From Octopus bimaculoides (lineage: Eukaryota): a DNA stretch of 57,182 nt. The notes under the pieces are model-generated. The model did no database searches, was not told where the DNA came from, and saw nothing but the letters and a program-made list of their open reading frames with translations. The stretch's first letter is position 1. Every line of letters starts with the position of its first letter. The stretch spans positions 37,785,687-37,842,868 of the forward strand of contig NC_068992.1 of NCBI RefSeq assembly GCF_001194135.2, read 5' to 3'. A program made the position numbers and the translations under genes. Below are positions 47,044-57,182 of this stretch, in pieces.

Positions 47044-48837
47044 CCCTTTAGTGTTCCAACCGGCCAAAACCATCCAAAAATTATTCCCCTTTATTTGTTT
47101 GAATTGGCGAAATCTGGTCATATCTGATTAACTCTATGAAATTGCTAAAAACATAAACAAATTACATTATTGAATTCTCATAGCTTTGAGATAATGTGAG
47201 ACAAAGCCTTTCCTGCATTTATTCAAGTAAAAATACAATGAAATTTTTGAGACTTCTTGATTTTTTCAACGTTTGAAGAGAAGTGTGTATCTTAGTTTTT
47301 AACGATATGGCATCAGCAAGTAGTGATTTCGACTTTGAAGGTTTTACTCTTGATGTACAAAGTATAAATGAAAACAACAGTGATTTGTCTTTGGATGAAT
47401 CTGATATTGATATTTATGAATCTTCGTCGGATGAGGAAGATTTTGATAATGGAAGTGATAATGATATTAAAAACATTATGGCAACATGGGTGAAGATTAC
47501 TACATCAACCACAATTCCTGATTTTACAGAAAAGACTAATCCACAACAGAGTCTACCTCCATTGGACTATTTATTTTTATTTTTACCAAAAAGTTTTTTT
47601 GAAACTGTCACAGAAGAAACAAATAAATATGCTCAATGCATAATTTCTATTTGTGGAAGACCTGGTCCACTATGGCAGCCAACTGATACAGCAGAAATGT
47701 GAGCTTTTTTTTACTATAAACATGTTTGGTATCAAGCAGCTTCTTTGGTTATGGAACAACTGGAGTTTTGATATAAGATATGGTGATCCATGTATCTCCG
47801 GCATTATGTTTAATTATAGTTAATTCATATATTGTTTATGTAAAAAGCCACAAGGTACCTCCACCACCAAGTGACTATGCCCATTTGAAATTTCGGGTTG
47901 ACATCGCATCTCAGTTATGTGAGGGCTTTTCTTCCAGAAAGCACAGAACTGGGAGAAAAGCAAAATTAATTGAGATGGATGTCAATAGAGAAAATATTGA
48001 CTTCCATAAAGTGAAACAAATAAATGGAAGGAAAAAAGTTTGAATTTGTGTTCACTGCAAAAAAGGAAAACTGTGAAAGGATATCAGGTCAAGATCTCAT
48101 ATATGTATTCATTTTGCAAAGTGCCCTTGTGTAAAGAGTGCTCGGACAGTTTCACAATAGAAATATGGCATAACTATATTTTGTTGCTTGATAGTAATAC
48201 TATCATATATTCCTTTCATTTTACTACAAATAATATGTGAAAGTGAGAATTACATATTAATTTTCAGTATGTTACACACATGTATTCACTTTAGTCTCAC
48301 CTGTTAATGAGCTTTTTTTATTAGATGCATTCTGTTATACAAATGTATTCATTAAATTGTATAAGAGTACATAGGCAATGGTATATTGACTAGTAAAAGA
48401 GTTTTTTTACTTTAGTTTCAATGAAAATGTTTGAATGAAATACAGAGAAAGAATAAAATCTTGTACTAATTATACCTGTATTTTAATTAATTCAAATATA
48501 CCTCATCTTGAAAAGTGGCAAAATTGTTGGCAGTTGACATCTGGGACAATTTTAGTAACAAATCAAACAGGTAAGATGCATTAAGAATTTCAGTTTTAGT
48601 GTTTATCCTTAATATTACTGTTAATTAAATTTACCTGCCCATAAAAGTCAAATTTAATCAGAAAGATCAGCTAAAATGACATAACTGTAAACCACTGGTA
48701 AAATTTCAAATCTGTATGTAAAAAATTAACAATGCTACAAGCAAATATTGTGGACACTCCTTTTGAGCCTGAATAATTCAAAAATAATGTAAACAAATAA
48801 GCATTACATTTGATAGATTAATCTGAACACTAAAGGG
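47044..48837 (+). mobile_element. Internally deleted piggyBac element with intact 13-bp TIRs and TTAA TSD
   Basis: TTAA|CCCTTTAGTGTTC ... GAACACTAAAGGG|TTAA. Acidic N-terminus, PLDYLFLF...TVTEETNKYA, HLKFRVDIASQL and C-terminal CSL...YSFCKVPLCKEC. Confidence 0.93.
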
Positions 48838-49068
48838 TTAACACATCTAGTTGTGGTGGAGAAAATGAAGAGTTACAACATGATGGTGGACCAATGCAAG
48901 GAGAATTTAACTGGATAGACAACTTTTTCTTTGAAGTTGTTTAACTGTATGCATGCTGGCTGTACTATCTAAAAAATACTCTAGTGTGCAACATATAATA
49001 ATTTTTAACTTAGACACAAATATTAGTGAATAACAGCTGATTAATATGATACCAGTACTTAACTGATT

Positions 49069-49560
49069 CATCATCATCATCATCGTTTAACGTCCGCTTT
49101 CCATGCTAGCATGGGTAGGACGATTTGACTGAGGACTGGTGAACCAGATGGCTACACCAGGCTCCAATCTGATTTGGCANNNNNNNNNNATGGCTACACC
49201 AGGCTCCAATCTGATTTGGCAGAGTTTCTACAGCTGGATGCCCTTCCTAACGTCAACCACTCTGAGAGTGTAGTGGGTGCTTTTACGTGCCACCGGCACG
49301 AAGGTTAGTCAGGCAATGGCCACGCTCAAAATGGTGTATTTTACGTGCCACCTGCACAGGAGCCAGTCCAGCGGTACTGGCAACGAATTCGCTCAAATGT
49401 CTTTTCACGTGCCACTGGCACAAGTGCCAGGAAGGCGACATTGGTAACGATCACGCTCAAAAGGTGCTATTTACGTGCTCCCGGCACAGAAGCCAGACAG
49501 CTGGTGCTCTGGCAACGATCACGCTCGTACGGTGCTCTTAGTGATCTAATGGTACAGGTG
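49069..49560 (-). mobile_element. RTE 3' UTR / SINE-like module, close to the copy at 14478
   Basis: catcatcatcatcatcgtttaacgtccgctttccatgctagcatggg... followed by tandem units. Contains a 10-N gap. Confidence 0.88.
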
Positions 49561-50041
49561 CCAGGTTCAGATGAAATCGTGATTCATATTTGTACTAAAT
49601 TGATTCATAATGAAGAGTAAAGTTAAATCTGGTGGGATCTGAACTTAAAACACAGAAGGATATAACTAAATACTAATTCTTAACATTAATACAAAATCAC
49701 ACAGTTTGGGAGAAGGTAGAGCAGATTAAATTGAATCCAGTATTAACTGGTAGTTTACTTTATTGAACCAAAAATAATGAAAGGTAAAGTTGACCACAAC
49801 AGAATTTGAACTAAGAACATTAAGGGCTGTAGCAAAATATTACAAGACATTTTGTCATTTGGCACTATACTTGAGTGCATTAATTTTAAAGTATATGAAT
49901 ATAATTTTAAATACTTACTGACCTTTTCTGCATATTTTCTCCGTTGGTTGGGTGTTAATAGATTTCCCTTGACTGATAAAAGAAATAATAAAAGTCAATA
50001 GTATCAAACAATTTACATATAACTGAATATATATAAATATT

Positions 50042-50876
50042 AGTATTAATACTGAGAGGTAATACCTATCTCCACTTAAACATGGATGTTCTGTTAGAAC
50101 AAACTTTGCTGCAGTAGATACCATGAGAGAAACTCTTATATAGGCTTTTTGTGCAAAATGCACACTTGTTCATATTGATAGCAGGGAGATAAATCTTTGC
50201 CATCACCAGCACCAATACCATTTGATTTCAACCTCCCTTGATCTCATCAATGATGGACGCTCGACTGCCAGAGATAGCAGCGACTCATCTCCTTGCCAGC
50301 AATATATAGAAAATCAGTGCCAGCACGGGCACTGGTGTTGCAATTAGCCAGTGAGCTTAAAAAGTAGACATTAGTGACAGATGCAGTATTAATACTGAGA
50401 GGTAATATTTATCCCCACTTAAATGTGAATGTTCTGTTAGAACAAACTTTACTGTGGCCAGCGACATATAGAAAATCAGTGCCAGGATAGGTACTGGTGT
50501 CGTGGGGGATAAATATTACCTCTCAGTATTAATACTGCTTCAGCCACTAATGTATATATTTTTTAACAAGCTCACTGGCTAATTGCAACACCATCCTGGC
50601 ACTGATTTTCTATATATCACTAGTGGAGAGATGGGTTGCTGCTATCTCAAACAGCTGAGCGTCCGTCATTGACAAAACCAAGGAAGGTTGAAATCATATG
50701 ATCTGGTGGTTTTGGAACTGGAGATGGTGAGGATTTATCTCCTAGCTAGAGATATAAACAAGCGTGCATTTTGTACCACAAGCCCATATGGGAGTTTCTC
50801 TCATGGTATTTACCACAGTAAAGTTCTAATAGAACATCCACGTTTAAGTAGGGATAAATATTACCTCTCAATAATT
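50042..50876. repeat. Large imperfect palindrome built from a ~343-bp unit
   Basis: The unit start agtattaatactgagaggtaat occurs at 50042 and 50385. Arms ~50042-50418 and ~50502-50876 are reverse complements. Confidence 0.85.
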
Positions 50877-51329
50877 GAATATGTTCTCAAGAAAAATTCA
50901 CTACAACTTTCCTTGGTTGGAATTTATTGCTTTTGTCAATTTAAACAGCCACAACTCTCTTGTGTTTTCCACTCCATTCAGTTACAGAATTGAAATCTTT
51001 TGTCAGCCTGAGCAGCTGTCTCATTAACCTTCTACTTACATTAATTTCTGATTTATCTTTTTTTTCCATAAACTAATTTTCTACTTAATCAAGAACCTCA
51101 TTTAACTTTAAATCAAATGTCCAATAAACTCTTTGATCAATTACATTAACTCGTCATCATTCCTCATCTCAACTCAGATGGCTTTGTAAGCAGTGCTTTA
51201 GGGATCAAAACTACCCAATTTCCATCCAACACAAAAAGAAATCCTTCTCTAGATTCATTTTCTATAACCTATTCTGCCCAATGTAATTACGGAGGGAAAT
51301 ATGCCTGATAGTATTGTAGACATTGCTCT

Positions 51330-51980
51330 AAAATGATGAGAAATTAAGTCAGAATGTTCCACTGGATGTGTACATGTATGGCAAAGTGTAAATGTGTTGA
51401 GAGAAAGCTTTTGGGTATAAGAGGCATCAAGTATTAACTTGTGGAAAAATAAGTCATAAGGTGTGGGACAAAGTGGTGAAAAATGATCCTCACAGAGATA
51501 GCAACAAGGGACTGAGATGATTGGTGATTTGTTGTGCTACAGAAGACCTGTCCAGCTAAAGAAAATCAAGGCCATTATAGGTGTACCCTTTACGCACACA
51601 ATCTTCCCCTGACAAACCTCTCCCCAGCAACACTTCTTCCTTCCTCCACTAGTGTTCACTATTTGCATTATCCCCCTCTTCTTTATCTCCTGCTCTCCAA
51701 TTGCACCCTCATAACTGTACCTGTACATAATGTGTCCCTGTCAAATCTCCCCTAACACCCCTTCCTTCTACTTATGTCCACTCTATTCCCTCTCTCCTTA
51801 GCAAGCTTGTGAACTTACCCATCCACTCACACTATCCAATCTTTGGTTTCACTTATATACACCTTCCTGTCACTTAACTGTATCCCTCATCACATCTTCA
51901 CAATCTTTGTCTACAACTGATGTAGCTATGTAACTCCTCTATGCAGGACACCTATTTCTCTCCTTTTATTGATACTCTAA
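51330..51980 (+). mobile_element. Diverged RTE 3' end with CT-rich tail
   Basis: cactggatgtgtacatgtatggcaaagtgtaaatgtgttgagagaa parallels the RWMC..SVH.RQSV..LREKL segment of other copies. Confidence 0.5.
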
Positions 51981-53776
51981 CTCAATGGTTCCCAAACTTT
52001 TTCAGACTGCTGACCCCTTTGTTCTCACACCACATTCCTAGCACTTCCCCACCACATCACCATAAATATAGACCTCTTTCTACTGCAAATTCAAAATAAC
52101 TTTATTACACAGATAAATCATAACCTAGTTAACCCATTCTTTTGTTGTTTTAAAAAATACAAAAGAGCAAATTTACATTTAACTTGTAACTATGTTTTCA
52201 TATTTTTATTGCAATGGATGTACATTGTGCAGGGATATCAGGCAGTTCCCCATTATCATCCATTGAATTTTTGTATGCAATAACAATAGTTCAAAATCGT
52301 TATCATTCTCAGTGCAGAGCTGTGGAAATAGGGAGGAATTGAGAGCATGTACCTTGATTTTATTTACTGCTGTGATAACAATATACTGGACAATTTAAGT
52401 CTACCATTTAGGTTATTTGCAACACATGCAAACACACTAGGTATAACATTTTCAATAAACCGATGAAGCTGCAATGACAACCTACCATCAATAGTGTTCA
52501 ATTTATTGCTCAAAAACGAAATACTGACAACTTTTTTGTATCTGTTTCTAGTTGTCTTACAAATAACAACTCTTGAACCAAACATTAATTTTTGATGAAG
52601 CAAACATAAGCAAGAAACAAACTTTTATTGACTAGCAAAAGGGACTCATCTAACTGCTACATTTGATCGTTCTGTGTATGTTGCACGATATATCTTAAAT
52701 GTTATAGAATTCTACATTTTGAAACACATGTAATACACGATTTTATATTTAAAAAAATTGTACATTCACCTCTTCATTCAAGGAAATGAAGGAAAAAAAT
52801 GAGAACTTCTGATTTATGCATAACTTTTCCAAATTTTATTCTGTAAAAATACAAATTATAAGCGTTTCAAAATGTAGAGCACATGACAAAAAGTAACAAA
52901 AAAGGAAACAAACATAGTGGTGACGATGAGGAAGTGGGTAGACATTTGAAAAAAATATAGATTAAAAAGTTTTATTTTAAAGAAACTCTGCTCGTGAATA
53001 ATTTGAAATGTGGGAAAATGCCATAAAAACCAAGAAATTCTGATTTATGTAAAGAGCTATTCTAAAAATCCAACAAATGTAAAATTATATGCCATCCTTT
53101 TTAAAAATTCATAATGATAGAGTTTCTAAATCATAAATTTGAAAAAATTGTCAAAAACACTGAAAAGAAAAAAAAAACGCNNNNNNNNNNAAACGATGGT
53201 CCAATTCTGAATGCTATGCACAAAACTGATAGCAAGATGAAACATAGGAAATTGACCAAAATCATCCCAACATGATAAGCAGCCTGGAAATACAATATTC
53301 ATACCCAAGAAAACCACAGAAGGGTTTGCATGTAGTTTGTAGAGAAAATGGTAATCAAGTCTACATGAAGAACTATCAAACAAGGTGAATCAGTACTCTT
53401 TTTATCACTCAATCCCTTTCCTTCTTTGTCTCTCCACCACTGTTAAAATTAAAGAAAATAGAAAATATCTATCATACTGTGTATAATGTTAATTTTAATT
53501 TTAAATGACTCTGAGGCTTTCATTACCCTTCCTCCATCTCTTCACTTCTTATATAGAAATATTCTTTCATACGCTCTCTCATTCATAAGAAAAAGACATC
53601 CCATAATAATAAGACCATAAAAAAAAAAAGCCCTGAGCAGTTCTCTCTCCTAAAGGGAAATTTCTCCCTACCTCTTTTTTCTTAGCAAACTCTCTTTCTC
53701 TGAAAGCAACCATAGGTGGCAGTACCAACAATCACAAGTCAAATTTCACACGTATGAGTGCGTGTGTATATATCTA

Positions 53777-54247
53777 TTAGGCTGAGTAAAAAGTAAGCAA
53801 TATTTTGAAACACGAAATTCAAAGTATATTTCAACAATGTGGCAATTCTATTCATCAAAGTAAGTACCATTACAATCAACACATTTCTGCCAATGAGTTG
53901 CAAGTTTGTTTATCCCAGTAACATAAAAATCTGGAGTTCTGAAGCTGATGAACTCTTTGAATGTACTTTCAGCATCAGTTTGATTTTTTAACTCCTTCAG
54001 CTGTTTTACACCCTTTTTTAAGTTGAATGACAAAATTGCTTGAATATTGCACTCTGACAGTTCCATTTCAGATGATTGTAACAAAGGTGAAAAAAATATC
54101 AATGTTAATTCATTGATGCATTTGGGCAAGTCTATGTTTGTATTATCAGACAACTGCCAAAAAATGTTTTTAAAAAATTCAAAACTGCAAAAATCCGGTA
54201 CAAATTCATCATGGTTCAAAACATTGCTTACTTTTTACTCAACCTGA
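53777..54247 (-). mobile_element. Internally deleted mariner (MITE-like) with TIRs and TA TSD
   Basis: TA|TTAGGCTGAGTAAAAAGTAAGCAAT ... ATTGCTTACTTTTTACTCAACCTGA|TA. The C-terminus FYVTGINKLATHWQKCVDCNGTYF is the mariner end motif. Confidence 0.88.
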
Positions 54248-55071
54248 TATACAGTAGCAGCCATAATATAAGGGTCAGTAAGAACAAGTGTATTGAAATA
54301 TTTATTATAGAAGCTTAACAAAATGTTGAGACTAGGTATTTTACACATATCATTCAATTACGTTATTAGTTGAATAATATTCTTAAGACAGCAATTTACT
54401 CACATGTAGCATCTTTCAGAGCTTGTCAGTAATTCAGTTTTTAACAAAATTGAAAACTGTTAACATTTTTGAAGAGGACTGGTCCCTAGCTACATTTTGG
54501 CATTAAAAAATTAAGATTTGGTCCAGTAGAAAAAAGTTTACATCAAAATTTATAGCAATGTTATAGGTGAGTAAGTAACACTTCCAATCAAGTTTAGATC
54601 TGAATAACTTTTATTTTAAAAGAAAAATATATTTATCTTAGCTTCTATGATAGAAGAAAGCATGAAGAATTTCATAGTTTTGATCCCACGCAACAAAAAT
54701 TTGTATCAAAAAGTTGTAAGGTAAAATATCATGAAAAAAATATAAGCAAGGCAAAAAATTGGATTTAAGTATAATTAACTTTTCTATTTTAAAAACAAAC
54801 TATATTTTAATTAAGTTTAAATGATAGAGCTCAATTTGAGGAATTTCATGGTATCAATCTCATGCAATGAAGTTTTAAAAGAAAAAGTTATTAGTGTTTG
54901 TTTCTCAAATTTGAAGGTGATATACTTTTTTATGAATATCGTTCAATAAGGGACTTTTAACATATGTCACCGGCATCATTGAGGTAAGGAAAAAAATTAT
55001 CAATGAAACTGCTAATTGACACATTTGGCAGATTATTAATTAACACAATAGCATAGCCTGGAAAAAACATG

Positions 55072-55850
55072 GATTACATGGAAAAATGTGAGCAAGAGAA
55101 ATAATATTACAAACTTGGAAAAGTATAGGACAAGTTATTACACTTAGAAAAGTTCAGAACAAGTTATTATATCTGGTAAAGTACAGAACAAGAAAATTTT
55201 TACTTAAAATATTGCAGCTAAGGATACAATTTGAATATCAAAAATTATTTGATTTTAATTTACTAAGTAACATGATTAAAAAAAGGTATCATCATTTTGT
55301 TAAAATATGAACACACTAGAATACTTAAAGTACCAATATAGCTAAAGTTTTATGCAAAGTAGAACAGTATATACGGTAGGCAAATTCATTATGTAAAAAA
55401 TAGGTATTGGGTCAAGACTAAAATGTGAAGACTTGGCAATGACTAAGGTAATTAACTCAAGCAAATTTTACTCTGAATTTGTTATAGGTAGATTTTACTG
55501 TAATATATAGCTAATTTTTGTGTTATTCTATTTATTGTAGTACTATTATTTTTTATAACTTATTTTCAAATTTATAATAATTAATTAATAATTAAAAAAA
55601 TGAATTTTTTAAAGTGCAAAAAATATTTTGAGTTATCTTTTATTTTTAATAGAAGTAATAACTTGTAATAAAATTTTTAGTTTTAATGAAAGCTAATATT
55701 TTCTAAATCTAAATATTTTATTTGAAATTTTATCCTTAGCTGCAATATTTTAAGTAATATTTTACCAGATGTAATAACTTTTCCTGAACTTTTCCAAGTC
55801 TATAATCTTAAGAATATTATTTGTCTTGCTTGCATTTTTCCATGTAATTT
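55072..55850. repeat. AT-rich fold-back-like element with long imperfect inverted arms
   Basis: Perfect 27-bp inverted repeat at 55200-55226 / 55731-55757, further matching arms, and short tandem units (~27 bp). Confidence 0.55.
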
Positions 55851-56019
55851 AGATATATCTAATATCTATCTTTCGTGAAAATTTCAAGTGAATGGAATAA
55901 ATATTTCATGAATTATGAGGAAATAAACAAATAATCTTCCAAACTGCAAAGGTCACTTAGAAAAACAATGAAAAATGAAACATGAATGAAAAAGAAACCC
56001 TTACTATTAATATTTTGTG

Positions 56020-56815
56020 AACATCCCTTTACTATCAATGACCTACTGACATCTGTTATCACAGGACTGAATTAATTTCTTACAAAATGATGGAGTAATA
56101 TTGTTCCATTCGTTTTTCAATAATTCCCAGACTTCATCTTGGTTCTTTGGATTTCTCCTTCATGCTCCATCTCCAATAATCTTCCAAACATTTTCTATAG
56201 GGTTGAGATCAGGACTTTGAGGTGGCCAGTCCATGAGATCAATCCCTTCATCACTCAAAAAATCTTTGACTCTCTTCACAGTGTGACAGGGAGCATTGTC
56301 CTGCACGAAGATAGGAGGTTGAACTGACAAGGATCGGAGATGTGGAAGGGCATATTGTCTTAGAATCTGCTTGTAGATTTCATCATTGACAGTCCCTTGT
56401 AGGCAAATAAGTGGACCAGGACCAGATATCACTCCCCATAACATTACACTGCCTCCTCTATATTTCACTGTCTTCTTCACACATGCACGAGATAACCTTT
56501 TGCCACTTCTTTGTTGGATGTGCATCCCGTCATTGGAACCAATCACATTAAACTTTGATTCATCTCTAAAATGAACCTGTGACCACTGTTCTTCTTTTTA
56601 AATGACATGTTAATGAATGAAATGAAAACGGGCTCTTTGATCCTGCTTGGAGATCATAGTTTTTTTTTTGCTGGTGCCTGAGCAAGCAACCCAGAACCTC
56701 ATAATTTCCAAGAAACTGTTTTGCACGATATGTTGACATCAGAGGTGGAGCTAAACTCATGGGATATCTCAGCAGCGCTCTTAAACTTATCATTCAGTGA
56801 TATTCTAACCATAAC
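56020..56815 (-). mobile_element. Tc1-family transposase fragment (DD34E)
   Basis: EQWSQVHFRDESKFN, GGSVMLWG, FVQDNAPCH...WPPQSPDLNPIENVW, with 34 residues counted between the second D and the E. Confidence 0.92.
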
Positions 56816-56842
56816 ACAATCCTGACTTGGTGAGAGGAATTC

Positions 56843-57182
56843 CGTGTAGAGGTAGGGGTCCACCAAGGTTCTGTCCTCAGCCCCCTCCTATTTATCATAG
56901 TCCTCCAGGCTATAACAGAGGAATTCAAGACAGGATGCCTCTGGGAGCTCCTCTATGCTGATGACCTTGCACTAATTGCTGAGTCACTATCAGAACTAGA
57001 GGAGAAGTTTCAGGTGTGGAAGCAAGGACTAGAATCGAAGGGCCTTACAGTCAACCTAGCTAAAACCAAAGTCCTAATAAGTAGGAAGGCAGACAAAACA
57101 CAAACCCCTTCGGGTAGATGGCCCTGCTCAATCTGTAGAAAAGGTGTGGGTAGTAACTCTATAAGATGCACCCAGTGCAAGC
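56843..57182 (+). mobile_element. RTE LINE RT fragment, 5'-truncated, running off the window end
   Basis: Open frame VEVGVHQGSVLSPLLF...WELLYADDLAL...WPCSICRKGVGSNSIRCTQCK, nearly identical to 12.5-12.8 kb. Confidence 0.92.

Noticed and set aside
48850-48945. GC-richer coding-like stretch right of the piggyBac element
   Set aside because: All frames close within ~30 codons, there is no good donor, and no motif was recognised.
49149-49221. Direct repeat ATGGCTACACCAGGCTCCAATCTGATTTGGCA on both sides of a 10-N gap
   Set aside because: This is the typical pattern of an unmerged contig overlap. Other copies of the module have the sequence once.
51983-52700. hAT-like terminus (caatggttcccaaac) and ORF 52364-52603
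   Set aside because: Only one terminus is recognisable and the peptide lacks clear hAT dimerisation motifs, so it is too weak to call.

Overview
This is AT-rich eukaryotic genomic DNA, not a prokaryotic locus. It has N-gaps next to (TG)n/(TA)n microsatellites. The repeat content looks like an octopus genome: tRNA-headed SINEs and many RTE LINE copies ending in ...GGACGTTAAACGATGATGATG. The species is an inference from pattern recognition only. Most of the window is nested, decayed transposable elements: Penelope-like elements (RT and GIY-YIG), RTE LINEs and their stand-alone 3' modules, a CRE-clade LINE, Gypsy pol/gag plus solo LTRs, a Helitron-like 5' remnant, and mariner, Tc1, pogo/Tigger, piggyBac, Chapaev-like and hAT-like DNA transposons. 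None looks intact. I found no rRNA, no genuine tRNA, no CRISPR array and no recognisable host gene. A non-repeat island at about 29.9-34.7 kb has phase-compatible candidate exons on both strands. The observations most worth checking are a fold-back tRNA-headed element with minimal hammerhead-ribozyme motifs (41.5-42.0 kb), repeated inverted duplications in Penelope-like DNA, a PHD-like zinc finger inside the RTE reverse transcriptase, and the interleaved antisense exon chains. I did not find convincing evidence of a wholly new biological system. Boundaries given as approximate (~) were read by eye.
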